Notes: generated by a model from the letters alone, not told the origin. Shown: positions 33,302 through 43,296, counted from the first letter of the stretch. The stretch: DNA of 64,000 nt from an uncultured Chloroflexia bacterium (GCA_963765765.1 CAVXYC010000015.1:576001-640000), one strand, 5' to 3'. Made by a program: numbers and translations.

Positions 33302-34463
33302 TTGAAGATGTTTCGTGTGGAGGTTCAATACGTGTCCCAACCTGACACGGCCAACTCATCGATAAGTGGGGATTCAGTCGAGGGCGACAGACCCACGTCG
33401 AAGCAGCTCAGGGCTGGATTAGTGTCAGCACTGGCCTCCGTCTATGGCGATGTACTCCGTCGGCAGGGCAGGACAACAACACAGTTCGTCCGCTGGTCCA
33501 AAGTCACGAAAAGAGCACACGAATTTGCGTGGCTCGGCGGCGTGGAATCGCGCGAAACCCTGATGCATGGTAATGGGCCCTTGCAAGTTCGGCCGAATAG
33601 CGAGCTTTTTGATGCTGTCCGGAAAATGCATGCCACGGTGAGTCTGAACCCGTACGAGCGCGATTACGGACTGGCTTCGTCACTGTGCGTCGGTTCAGGC
33701 CACGTCGCCACGGCCGGTTGCCGGTACCCGGCTTGGACAGGTCGATTCGCAGTTCGATGCCGATGTTGCAGCCACGCTGCGTGAAAGTGGCTTACGGGTG
33801 CTGCACCAGTATCCGGCCTGCGGTTTCAACATCGATTTGATTGCCGAACGTTCTGACGATCATGTCCGTGTGGCCGTAGAGTGCGATGGAGAGCGGTATC
33901 ACGTTGATGAGCATGGCATGCTCAAGATTGAGGACATCGAACGGCAGGCGATTTTGGAGAGGGCTGGCTGGCGGGTCGTGCGGATCCCGTACCGGAAATG
34001 GATCGCAAATCCGAGCCTAGAGGTGACGCGCGTCCTTGCAGCAATTGATGAAATCCCGGCCGAAGACGACGAAACAGATGGCGAGGCCGATGCATCGACG
34101 GCAACCATCAATTCGGCGCGAGCGCTTAGCGGCGGGGTGGTTCCCGGCACGGCCGGCAAGCGCGAACAGGTAACACACGAGCAAGCTGCGCTCATCGAGG
34201 CGTTAAAAGAAGGTTTGTCGGAAGAGGTAGATTTGTTTCTTCGCGTACGGGACTTAGTCGGGTCAAAACGACTTACGCAGAGATTGCGGAGGGCGTTCGA
34301 GAGTGCTGCTTCCGATCTCGCCCGGCGTAAGCTGCTCACCATAGAGGATGGAGAATGGTTTCTTCTTCCGGCTGGGAGAGAGGCCACACTGTCCGTCGAC
34401 CCGCTCCCGCTAGGTCGGCCCGACGTCGCTCGGGACGACAGCGATGGGCTCGGTTATCGTTGA
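33302..34463 (+). pseudogene. Probable internally deleted gene ending in a Vsr/DUF559-like (PD-(D/E)XK) nuclease domain
   Basis: N-terminal piece ends at SLNPYER (~33660); 33798-34463 has QYPACGFNIDL, VAVECDGERYH, DIERQAILERAGWRVVRI, typical of nuclease domains fused to SF1 helicases. Confidence 0.55.
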
Positions 34464-34528
34464 CGATGAAGTTCGCGCTCTCCCGGTCGCTTATCCTCTA
34501 GGTATTCTCACGTACACGGAGCATGCGG

Positions 34529-34794
34529 ATGTGCCGAAGTATCAAGACGCTCGCCAATTTTGAGCCACCGGCAACGGATGAAGAGATCTATGCATCAGCT
34601 TGCAGTTCGTTCGCAAGCTGAGCGGTACGGCAAAGCCATCGCGGGCGAATGAGGCGGCGTTCAACCTGGCGGTTGAGCAGGTCACCGCCGCCGCTCATCT
34701 CCTCATTGGGTCACTGCAGTCGGCGGCGCCACCGAAGAATCGAGATGAGGAAGCGCGCAAGGCTCGGGAGCGCGCGGCGCTGCGCTACGCCTGA
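34529..34794 (+). CDS. DUF2277-family small protein (frameshift ~34600)
   Basis: MCRSIKTLANFEPPATDEEI..LQFVRKLSG..PSRANEAAF. Confidence 0.75.
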
Positions 34795-34842
34795 CCCGGC
34801 TTTCCAGTTGAGCGAATGTCGCCAGGATTCGATCGATGGGGA

Positions 34843-34869
34843 TGTCGATTTCATTGTGACCCGTTCGTT
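34843..34869 (+). promoter_or_regulatory. ECF42-like promoter (TGTCGA-N17-CGTT)
   Basis: tgtcgatttcattgtgacccgttcgtt; same motif as at 38589, 39330 and 40597. Confidence 0.55.
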
Positions 34870-35004
34870 CTTTCTCATGAGTGGCCTGCTTGAGACCGTT
34901 CACGCTGCGTGAACGGTCTCGAGTCCAGCGCAGGTCAGGTGTAACGTTGGCTGGTGTACTGGCCGCAGCCGAAGACCTGAATCGAGAGAGAAGGGGAGTC
35001 TTAG

Positions 35005-36120
35005 ATGACCGGAGTACGATTACTCGTGGGCACCCGCAAGGGTGCGTTCATTCTGACATCTGACGGTAAGCGCGAGACTTGGGACGTGAGCGGTCCCCAT
35101 TTCGCGGGCTGGGAGATGTATCACGTCAAGGGCTCGCCGGTTGATCCCAACCGCCTCTATGCGTCGCAGACGAGCGGCTGGTTTGGACAGATGATCCAAC
35201 GCTCCAACGACGCGGGGAAGACGTGGGAAGCGGTGGGCAATGAGTTTGTCTATGACGGCAACGTCGGTGAGCACCTCTGGTACGACGGCACGCCCAAGCC
35301 GTGGGAATTCAAGCGCATCTGGCACCTGGAGCCTTCGCTGACTGATCCGGACACCGTCTATGCTGGCGCGGAGGACGCGGCGCTATTCAAGACCACCGAC
35401 GGTGGCAAGACCTGGGCGGAGCTCACGGCGCTCCGTACGCACGAATCTGGGCCGGGCTGGATGCCCGGCGCAGGCGGTATGGGACTCCACACCATCATCC
35501 AGGACCCGACCAATCACAATAGGCTGTTCATCGCCATCTCCGCGGCGGGCGTCTTCCGATCGGATGATGCCGGCGCAACCTGGAAGCCAACGAACAAGGG
35601 CCTTCATTCTGAGTTCATGCCGGCGCCGGAGGCAGAGGTCGGCCACTGCGTGCATCGGATTGCGCTTCACCCATCGAAGCCTGATGTGCTCTACATGCAG
35701 AAGCACTGGGATGTCATGCGCAGCGACAATGCCGGCGACTCCTGGACCGAAGTGAGCGGCAATCTGCCGTCGGATTTCGGATTCCCCATCGACGTTCACG
35801 CGCACGAGCCAGAAACCATCTACGTGGTTCCAATCAAGAGCGACTCAGAGCATTTCCCACCGGACGGCAAGCTCCGTGTATATCGCAGCCGAAGCGGGGG
35901 CAATGACTGGGAAGAGCTCACCAGGGGTTTGCCGCAGAGTGATTGCTACGTAAATATCCTGCGTGAAGCGATGTCGGTGGATACCCTGGACTCCTGTGGA
36001 ATCTACTTTGGCACGACCGGCGGTCAGGTGTACGCCTCCTCCGATGCTGGAGACACCTGGAAGGCGATCGTGCACGATCTTCCATCCGTGTACTCGGTGG
36101 AAGTCCAGACACTGCCATGA
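35005..36120 (+). CDS. BNR/Asp-box beta-propeller protein (sialidase/VPS10-like)
   Basis: Repeated S/T-x-D-x-G-x-T/S-W boxes: [40 protein letters not shown]. Confidence 0.88.
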   Translation: MTGVRLLVGTRKGAFILTSDGKRETWDVSGPHFAGWEMYHVKGSPVDPNRLYASQTSGWFGQMIQRSNDAGKTWEAVGNEFVYDGNVGEHLWYDGTPKPWEFKRIWHLEPSLTDPDTVYAGAEDAALFKTTDGGKTWAELTALRTHESGPGWMPGAGGMGLHTIIQDPTNHNRLFIAISAAGVFRSDDAGATWKPTNKGLHSEFMPAPEAEVGHCVHRIALHPSKPDVLYMQKHWDVMRSDNAGDSWTEVSGNLPSDFGFPIDVHAHEPETIYVVPIKSDSEHFPPDGKLRVYRSRSGGNDWEELTRGLPQSDCYVNILREAMSVDTLDSCGIYFGTTGGQVYASSDAGDTWKAIVHDLPSVYSVEVQTLP

Positions 36121-36413
36121 TTCGCATACGGCTCCCGCAGCATCTCCGCACCATTGCTCAGGTTGACGGTGAGGTGGAGGTGGACGTGACCGAGCCCGTG
36201 ACGCAACGGACGGTCATCGATGCGCTCGAGGCGGCGTATCCAGCGCTGCGGGGAACGATTCGAGATCACACCACCAAGAAACGGCGAGACTTCCTGCGCT
36301 TTTACGCGTGCGAGGAAGATCTGTCGAATGAGCCGATCGATGCGCCGCTGCCAGAGGCGGTGGTCAGCGGAGCCGAGCCATACCTCGTGATAGGAGCAAT
36401 CGCCGGCGGCTGA
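36117..36413 (+). CDS. MoaD/ThiS-family ubiquitin-like protein
   Basis: 98 aa, [11 protein letters not shown]-terminal AIAGG; ATGA overlap with the upstream gene. Confidence 0.88.
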   Translation: MIRIRLPQHLRTIAQVDGEVEVDVTEPVTQRTVIDALEAAYPALRGTIRDHTTKKRRDFLRFYACEEDLSNEPIDAPLPEAVVSGAEPYLVIGAIAGG

Positions 36414-36444
36414 GCGAAGAACGGCCTTGACGCGACAGTAGAAC

Positions 36445-36485
36445 AATGGTCCCTTGCGATTGTCGTGAGGGACCATTTCTTTTTT
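36445..36485 (+). terminator. Intrinsic terminator
   Basis: aatggtccct...agggaccatt stem followed by a T-tract. Confidence 0.7.
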
Positions 36486-36519
36486 AGCGAACGGCCCTGC
36501 TTCATATGCCTTGAATGTT

Positions 36520-36539
36520 ATATACGCAGTAGGGTATAT
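36520..36539. promoter_or_regulatory. Probable ArsR operator (ATATAC-N8-GTATAT)
   Basis: Inverted repeat immediately before the ArsR ATG at 36547. Confidence 0.5.
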
Positions 36540-36546
36540 TAGGTCC

Positions 36547-36873
36547 ATGTCAGCAGAAGTGTTCGGCGCGCTCGCGGACCCGACACGGCGACGAATCTTG
36601 CAGGAGCTCGGCCAGAAGGAGCGCAGTGTCGGCGAACTGGTGGGATCGTTGGATGTGAGCCAGCCCGCGATCTCCAAGCATCTACGGGTACTGCGTGAAT
36701 CAGGGGTTGTGGTCTCGCGCACGGCGGCGCAGCAGAGGCTCTACCGTGTTGAGCCTCAGGCCCTCGCCGCAATTGATGAGTGGCTGCAACCTTTCCGGGC
36801 ACTCTGGACAACGCACCTTGATCGGCTCGAGCGTTATCTCGACGCCGAGGAGCATCGGAGTCTCAATGAATAA
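36547..36873 (+). CDS. ArsR/SmtB-family regulator
   Basis: FGALADPTRRRIL, SQPAISKHLRVLRESGVV. Confidence 0.9.
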   Translation: MSAEVFGALADPTRRRILQELGQKERSVGELVGSLDVSQPAISKHLRVLRESGVVVSRTAAQQRLYRVEPQALAAIDEWLQPFRALWTTHLDRLERYLDAEEHRSLNE

Positions 36874-37423
36874 GAAATTGGATCTGGGCGACCTTTCAGA
36901 GGTCGCCTGTCTCACATCCGATAAGACCTGGACATTGGTATTTGTGCGAAATCTTCGGCATTCCCCAAAGCGTGTCTGGGAAGCGCTCACGGATCCTGCT
37001 CAGATGCGGGAATGGTCGCCTTTTACCGCCGAGCGCAATCTGGGCAGTGTCGGGCCGGCGATCGTGAGCATGGTTGATGGCGATTCCGAGGAGCCTTCTG
37101 ATTCGCTTGTGACAGTAGCTGATGAGCCGCGATTGCTCGAATATTCCTGGGGTACAGGGGTGATCCGATGGGAGCTCGAGCCGGATGGCCAGGGCACGCG
37201 ATTGACGCTTCGGCACACTATTGACGACCCGAGTTTTCTCTCCAAGGTGGCCGCCGGTTGGCATATCTGCCTGGTTGTTGCGGAGTACCTTATGGACGGG
37301 ACGCCCGTGGGGCCCATCGTTGGAGAGCGGGCGCGTGAGTTCGGCTGGGATGAGCTGAACGATAGGTACGCAGAGCGTCTGGGGATGCCCACTGCCCTTA
37401 CTAAGAAGCGCGCTTCTCCTTAG
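36866..37423 (+). CDS. SRPBCC/AHSA1-family protein
   Basis: RVWEALTDPAQMREW, PRLLEYSW, TRLTLRH, AAGWHICL. Confidence 0.85.
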   Translation: MNKKLDLGDLSEVACLTSDKTWTLVFVRNLRHSPKRVWEALTDPAQMREWSPFTAERNLGSVGPAIVSMVDGDSEEPSDSLVTVADEPRLLEYSWGTGVIRWELEPDGQGTRLTLRHTIDDPSFLSKVAAGWHICLVVAEYLMDGTPVGPIVGERAREFGWDELNDRYAERLGMPTALTKKRASP

Positions 37424-37571
37424 TAAAGGCCCCTTGATGTTCGGAGTGCGGAACTTGAACCGTCTCCTGAACGATGTCGAGAGACAGCCGAATAAATTCC
37501 GCGCTACCAATAAGCCTGGATCATGCCGCCCGGAGTTGCTCCGATTAATCATCATTGCTACACTTTAGCAA

Positions 37572-37925
37572 ATGCTTAACCAAACAGCCTCATTAGATCT
37601 TGTCTTTCACGCCTTGTCGGACCCTGCCCGGCGGCTGATGGTTGATCGGCTGACTCGCGGGCCGGCGTCCGTTAGTGAGCTGGCCCAGCCACTCGACATG
37701 ACTCTCTCCGCGGTGGTCCAGCATCTCGCTGTCCTAGAGGGCAGTGGCCTCGTGCGATCGGAAAAGGTTGGTCGCGTTCGCACTTGCCGAATGGAGCCCG
37801 TGGGACTCAGGATGGCCGAGAGCTGGATTACCGAGCGACGTGCGGTCTGGGAGTCCCGCTTTGACCGGCTCGCTGAGCTGTTAGCAAATGGGAGCGACGA
37901 TGCGGGAGACCAAACGCCGACATGA
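37572..37925 (+). CDS. ArsR/SmtB-family regulator
   Basis: FHALSDPARR, AVVQHLAVLEGSGLVRSEKVGRVRTC. Confidence 0.9.
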   Translation: MLNQTASLDLVFHALSDPARRLMVDRLTRGPASVSELAQPLDMTLSAVVQHLAVLEGSGLVRSEKVGRVRTCRMEPVGLRMAESWITERRAVWESRFDRLAELLANGSDDAGDQTPT

Positions 37926-38570
37926 CCGAACCGGATGAGATCCATTCCACGTTTGTCATTGAACGGACGTTAAACGTCCCATCGTCGCGGGTCTCAATTA
38001 CTTCGCCAAACCTGAGCTGAAGCCGCGCTGGTTCAGGGGGCCGGAGCCTCGGGTACCGCGCAGTTCGAATCGGATTCCCGAATCGGTGGTAGTGAGATCA
38101 ATCGACGGGGCCGGGGATTCGAAGAACATCTCGCCGCTCTCCGAGCGTGCTGGCCTGAAGATCCGGTGGAGTGTGATGGGCCGTATTACCCTGTCCCGCG
38201 GGCAAAGATTGGCCCCAAGCCGATGCGAGGCTCAATTCCCGTGCTGATCGGCGCAGTGACGCCGTTGGCGGCTGAGCGGGCGGCGCGACTGGCGGATGGC
38301 TTCATCGCAGCCTTTCGCGATTGGGAGGGCCTCACCGATCACATTCGCTGGTATCGCGATGCCGGAGGCAATGGCGCCGTAATAGTCCGCGCTGGACCTC
38401 TGCCGTCTGAGGACGATCCCTCAGGCCTGGCCCATCCCTGGAGCCCCGAGTCCATGCCCGACAGCCTGCAACGGGCGCGTTCGCTTGGTGTGGACGAGGT
38501 GATCTGGGATCTCAACATCGTGTTCATGCCACGCCGAGGAGCAAGTAAACGAATTTCGCTCATTGGCGAA
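37922..38570 (+). pseudogene. Chimeric remnant: SRPBCC N-terminus joined to the C-terminal half of an LLM oxidoreductase
   Basis: MTEPDEIHSTFVIER..RWFRGP..IGGSEIN, then from ~38103 RGRGFEEHLAALRACW..IGPKP..ERAARLADG. Confidence 0.6.
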
Positions 38571-38588
38571 GAAACTCGATCTTTAACC

Positions 38589-38615
38589 TGTCGATTTCCG
38601 GTCATGTCAGTCGTC
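38589..38615 (+). promoter_or_regulatory. ECF42-like promoter (TGTCGA-N17-CGTC)
   Basis: tgtcgatttccggtcatgtcagtcgtc upstream of the DoxX gene. Confidence 0.65.
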
Positions 38616-38664
38616 TTAGAGATAACAGCCGCTGTTTCACTCACAAAGCACATAGGAGATGACC

Positions 38665-39064
38665 ATGAAATACGCACTCTGGACGCTACAAGCTCTTCTG
38701 GCCGCGCTCTTCCTCTTCGGTGGAGTTGTGAAACTTAGCCATGCCAATTGAGGAGCTGACTGCCGCGATGCCGTTTCCAGCTCTGTTCATTCAATTCATC
38801 AGCGTGTGCGAGATTCTTGGAGCCGTCGGGCTCATCCTTCCTGGCCTCCTGCGCATTCAGCCAGTTCTGACTCCCATCGCAGCTGCTGGCCTAACCATCA
38901 TCATGATCGGCGCAACGGTTCTCACGGTTACGATGATGGGCGTTCCATCGGCAATCACGCCCTTCGTGGTGGGCCTGGTGTCTGCGTTCATCGCATACGG
39001 TCGGTTTTCTCTGGCTCCGCAGTCGAATGAGCCGCGTCGATTGGTTCTTCAGACTGCTCGCTAA
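38665..39064 (+). CDS. DoxX-family membrane protein (frameshift ~38737)
   Basis: MKYALWTLQALLAALFLFGGVVKL..CEILGAVGLILP..LTPIAAAGL. Confidence 0.85.
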
Positions 39065-39091
39065 TTTCACGCTCCGCTTACTGATCTCTGG

Positions 39092-39127
39092 GCAATAGCG
39101 CCTGCCGCATGCGGCAGGCGCTATTGC
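39092..39127. terminator. Perfect 36-bp palindrome, probable terminator
   Basis: gcaatagcgcctgccgcatgcggcaggcgctattgc. Confidence 0.6.
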
Positions 39128-39155
39128 TATTCTGGCTGTGAATAGTCGCGGAGAT

Positions 39156-39259
39156 ACCCTAGCCCGAGCCCTCCCCGCTGCTGTGGCAGGTACGGAGCCG
39201 GGTTCTCTTTTTCTAAACACGCTCCTTCCCTGCCGCAGCGGGGAGGGCCGGGTGGGGTC
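39156..39259. repeat. REP-like palindromic element, degenerate copy
   Basis: Right arm taaacacgctccttccctgccgcagcggggagggccgggtggggtc matches the element at 43175-43264. Confidence 0.75.
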
Positions 39260-39329
39260 CTCTCGAGCACGCGTCATTGTTCGACTTTGTCAAAAGTAAA
39301 GAAAATTATCCGGATGTCTCTTCCACTCC

Positions 39330-39356
39330 TGTCGATTCATGTACCTCATGTTCGTC
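39330..39356 (+). promoter_or_regulatory. ECF42-like promoter (TGTCGA-N17-CGTC)
   Basis: tgtcgattcatgtacctcatgttcgtc upstream of a YciI/DGPF gene. Confidence 0.7.
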
Positions 39357-39434
39357 GTACTCTATGAACGGGATTTACGGGTCGACCAAACGAAATCTCG
39401 AAAAGCACGACAAAACTGTTGAAGGAGCAAGTCC

Positions 39435-39863
39435 ATGCGAGTCCTGGTGATTGTCAAGGCAAATGAAGAGTCCGAGAACGGGGTCATGCCCAGCGAGCAG
39501 ATGCTCACTGAGATGGGTAACTACAACGAGCAGCTCGTGAACGCGGGAATCATGATCGCAGGCGAGGGTCTCCATCCAAGCTCGAAGGGCAAGCGCGTAG
39601 CTTTCGGAGGCCAGGGCGCGACTCCCAGGGTTATCGACGGACCATTCGCTGAGACCAAAGAGCTCATCGCTGGCTACTGGATCTGGAAAGTGAATTCCAT
39701 GGATGAAGCGATTGACTGGATCAAGCGCAGTCCATTCCAGGACACGGAGATCGAGCTTCGTCCGATTTTTGAGATGGAAGACTTTGGCGAGGCAATGACT
39801 CCTGAGCTGCAACAGCAGGAGGATCGGCTTCGAGCCCAAATGGAGGGGCAGCAACAGTCCTAA
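39435..39863 (+). CDS. YciI/DGPF-family protein
   Basis: GEGLHPSS, VIDGPFAETKELIAGYW, IELRPI. Confidence 0.9.
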   Translation: MRVLVIVKANEESENGVMPSEQMLTEMGNYNEQLVNAGIMIAGEGLHPSSKGKRVAFGGQGATPRVIDGPFAETKELIAGYWIWKVNSMDEAIDWIKRSPFQDTEIELRPIFEMEDFGEAMTPELQQQEDRLRAQMEGQQQS

Positions 39864-39884
39864 AAGCCGTGCCAGAACAGTCAT

Positions 39885-39923
39885 ACTGGCCCTGGCCGCT
39901 CATCGCGGTCGGGGCCAGTTTTT
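39885..39923 (+). terminator. Intrinsic terminator
   Basis: actggccc...ggggccagt stem plus T-tract. Confidence 0.7.
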
Positions 39924-40043
39924 AAGTCGATCGCCAACGAGTCAATTGATGATTAGAAAGGCAGCCGGGCCGGAATTCGTGACTCGTGGACAGACCCGTG
40001 GTACGGTGCGCGAACGCTGAGCTTTACGAGCGGGGGCAGTAAA

Positions 40044-40567
40044 TTGGAGACTGTTGTTATCGTCGTCGTCTTAGCAGTGGTTGGATTTCTTGGGTTCGTG
40101 GCAACGAGGCCGGGGAGTTTCAAGGTTCAACGATCCACGAGCGTCAACGCTCCAGCCGAAGCAATTTTCCCTCTGATCAATGATTTTCATCGCTGGGCGG
40201 AATGGTCTCCATTTGAGAAGTTTGATCCAGACATGCGCAAGTCGTTCGGCGGTGCTCAGCAGGGTAACGGGGCGACGTACGCGTGGGAGGGGAACAACAA
40301 GGCCGGCAAGGGGCGCATGGAGATCATCGGGTCAACTCCACCGTCCAACGTAAGATTCAGCTCGATTTCGAAAAACCGTTCCCGTCGAGTAACGTGACGG
40401 ACTTCATCCTGTGGCCTAGCGGCGATCAGACGAATGTCACCTGGGCGATGAGCGGGCCCAGCTCGTTCATTGTCAAATTCATGGGAATCTTCATGAGCAT
40501 GGATCGAATGATCGGTAAGGATTTCGAGGAAGGACTGTTCAATCTGAAACGCGTTGCTGAAGCCTGA
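40044..40567 (+). CDS. SRPBCC polyketide-cyclase-like protein with N-terminal TM (frameshift ~40350)
   Basis: FKVQRS, INDFHRWAEWSP, WEGNNKAGKG, MDRMIGKDFEEGL. Confidence 0.85.
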
Positions 40568-40596
40568 GGCGCGTGACAGCGAGTAGACCTGTTCGC

Positions 40597-40622
40597 TGTC
40601 GATTTCGCCTGGTGCGTTCGTC
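40597..40622 (+). promoter_or_regulatory. ECF42-like promoter (TGTCGA-N16-CGTC)
   Basis: tgtcgatttcgcctggtgcgttcgtc upstream of the second YciI gene. Confidence 0.7.
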
Positions 40623-40695
40623 ATATCAGTGAGAGCGGCGATGCCCGAGTCGGTCGCCGGTCCCGCGACAATCAACAGGTGGGAGAAGAACAACG

Positions 40696-41115
40696 ATGAG
40701 ATTCATGATGTTAATGATCCCAAAGGGATACGAGTCTGCCGAACCTGGAGCCATGCCTGACGTGGACGCCGTGTCCGCCATGATGGCGTACAACGAGTCA
40801 CTCCAGAACGCTGGAATATTGATCTCCGCGGAAGGCTTGCACCCGCCGTCGATGGGCGCTCGCGTCACCTTTCCCGGCGGCGTTCCAACCGTGACAGATG
40901 GCCCATTCGCCGAGGCAAAGGAAGTGCTCGGTGGCTTCTGGATCATTCAAGTGAGCTCTCGAGAGGAAGCTATCGAATGGGCCAAGAAGTGTCCCGGCGG
41001 CGAAAACGAGATCATCGAGATTCGTCAGGTGCAGGAGATGGACGACTTCCCTCAGGACGTGCAAGATGTCGCCGCGAAGTTTTCGGAGATGCAAACACGG
41101 CCGAGTCAGGGGTAG
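40696..41115 (+). CDS. YciI/DGPF-family protein
   Basis: EGLHPPS, TDGPFAEAKEVLGGFW, IEIRQV. Confidence 0.9.
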   Translation: MRFMMLMIPKGYESAEPGAMPDVDAVSAMMAYNESLQNAGILISAEGLHPPSMGARVTFPGGVPTVTDGPFAEAKEVLGGFWIIQVSSREEAIEWAKKCPGGENEIIEIRQVQEMDDFPQDVQDVAAKFSEMQTRPSQG

Positions 41116-41118
41116 GGG

Positions 41119-41539
41119 ATGTCCGCAAAGATAGTAACGGGCAATCCGGAAATCGATGCGTACTTCGCTAAGGTTCCGAATGATCAGCGTGCGGCGCTGC
41201 TTGCTCTTCGTGATTCCATTCGAGATCGCGGCCCCGGAAGCTGTCGAGGTCATCAGTTATGGCCTGCCTACGTTCAAGCTGCATGGCTCTCTGGTAGCGC
41301 TGGGATCGGCCAAGAAGCATTGTGCTTTCTATCACATGAGCTCGAGTCTCCTGGATCGTATTGGTGCTGAGCTCGATGGGTTCAGCACATCCAAGGGCAC
41401 CATACGGTTCAGTCCTGACAAGCCTCTCCCAGATGGTCTGGTCCACAAGATCGTCCACATGAGAATTGAGGAAAACCTCGAGATTCTTCGAGAGCGCGAC
41501 AAGCGCAAGGCGGAGAAGAGGGTCGCGACCGCGCCCTAG
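41119..41539 (+). CDS. DUF1801/YdhG-like protein (frameshift ~41225)
   Basis: IDAYFAKVP..APEAVEVISYGLPTF..KKHCAFY..SKGTIRF..DKPLP. Confidence 0.8.
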
Positions 41540-41610
41540 CCCACCGCGAAACGTGACGCTTCACCGTTGGCAGAGTCGCCCTGCCGCCCGGTGACTCGGG
41601 TATACTTACG

Positions 41611-41676
41611 CTGCTGAGGAGCGCTGCGTCCGGGGATACGCCCTGGTCAGGCTCAGTGAAATGAACGGCGCTCGCA
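41611..41676 (+). ncRNA. SAH riboswitch
   Basis: ctgaGGAGCGCTGC...CAGGCTCag...AACGGCGCTC consensus with pseudoknot GAGCGCT/GGCGCTC; sits upstream of ahcY and just after a TATACT -10 box. Confidence 0.9.
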
Positions 41677-41699
41677 TCTTCGTTGGTGCGGGCGCTTTT
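41668..41699 (+). terminator. Riboswitch expression-platform terminator
   Basis: gcgctcgcatc-ttcgtt-ggtgcgggcgc followed by tttt. Confidence 0.7.
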
Positions 41700-41739
41700 G
41701 TATGTCCAGAGCGCGCGCTCAAGAAAGGGAGCTCAGCTC

Positions 41740-43129
41740 ATGAACGTATCCGATTCGTATCACGTCGCCGATCTCGGCCTGGCTGAATGGGGCCGGCGGG
41801 AGATCGCCATCGCGGAATCAGAAATGCCCGCGCTCATGGCAATTCGCGATGAGTACGCCGAATCTCAGCCGCTTAAAGGCGCGCGTATCGCCGGATCGCT
41901 ACATATGACGATCCAGACAGCCGTACTCATCGAGACGCTCAACGCGTTGGGCGCTGAGGTGCGCTGGGCCTCGTGCAACGTGTTCTCAACTCAGGACCAC
42001 GCCGCGGCGGCAATTGCCGCGGGTGGCACGCCCGTATTCGCCTACAAGGGCGAGAACCTGGATGAGTACTGGGAGTTCACCCACAGAATCTTCGAATTCG
42101 GTGACCGCGGCCCAACGATGATCCTGGACGATGGCGGAGACGCCACTCTCCTGGTTCATCTGGGGCTCCGCGCGGCTGAGAACCCTTCGCTGCTGGACAA
42201 CCCAGAGAGCGAAGAGGAGCGCGCCCTCTTCAAAGCGATCAAGAAGCGCGACGCGGCATGGTATCAGCGGGCAGCCAAAGACATCATCGGTGTCTCTGAA
42301 GAGACGACCACGGGCGTTCATCGCCTCTACCAGATGGCTGACGACGATCGGCTACTCTTCCCCGGAATCAATGTGAACGACTCGATCACCAAGTCGAAGT
42401 TCGACAATATTTACGGCTGTCGCGAGTCGCTGGTGGACGGCATCAAGCGAGCGACGGACGTGATGGTGGCCGGCAAGATTGCTGTGGTGGCGGGTTACGG
42501 TCAGGTAGGCAAAGGCTCGGCTCAGGCTTTGCGAGGTCTCCAGGCTCAGGTTTGGGTGACGGAGATCGACCCGATCTGTGCACTCCAGGCAGCTATGGAA
42601 GGCTACCGAGTGGTCACAATGGACTACGCGGCGGACAAGGCTGACATCTTCGTGTCTGCCACCGGTAATCGAAACGTGATCACCCACGACCATCTGCGGG
42701 CGATGAAATCCAACGCCATCGTCTGTAACATCGGCCACTTCGACAATGAGATCGATGTCGCCAGTCTGCGCGAGTATCAGTGGGAGAATATCAAGCCCGA
42801 GGTGGACCACATCATCTTCCCCGATGGCAAGAGAATCATCCTGCTTGCTGAGGGGCGGCTCGTCAACCTGGGCTGCGGCACCGGCCATCCGAGCTACGTG
42901 ATGAGCTCATCGTTTGCTAACCAGACGCTGGCGCAGATCGAGCTCTACACCAACACGGAAGCGTATCCCGTGGGCGTCTACCGACTGCCCAAGGCGCTTG
43001 GACGAAAAGGTCGCGCGCCTGCAGCTCAGCAAGCTGGATGCTCAGCTCACCGAGCTCACCGATGAGCAGGCGGTCTACATCGGGATCGACAAGCAGGGGC
43101 CATATAAGAGCGAGCACTACACGTACTAG
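41740..43129 (+). CDS. ahcY: Adenosylhomocysteinase (frameshift ~43000)
   Basis: [53 protein letters not shown]. Confidence 0.97.
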
Positions 43130-43174
43130 CTCGGCTAACTTCACAGGCTTCCTTAGCGGGGGAAGCCTGTGAAG

Positions 43175-43264
43175 ACCCCACCCCAGCCCTCCCCGCTGCG
43201 GCAGGGAGGGAGCGTGTTTAAAAACGCTCCCTCCCTGCCGCAGCGGGGAGGGCTGGGGTGGGGT
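43175..43264. repeat. REP-like element with perfect 41-bp inverted arms
   Basis: 43175-43215 is the exact reverse complement of 43224-43264, with an 8-nt loop. Confidence 0.85.
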
Positions 43265-43296
43265 TCCGCTCAGGGGCTCCTCGCAACAAATCGCCC

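Noticed and set aside
37475-37500. Fifth TGTCGA promoter candidate
   Set aside because: No CGTC-like -10 element at 16-17 nt spacing.
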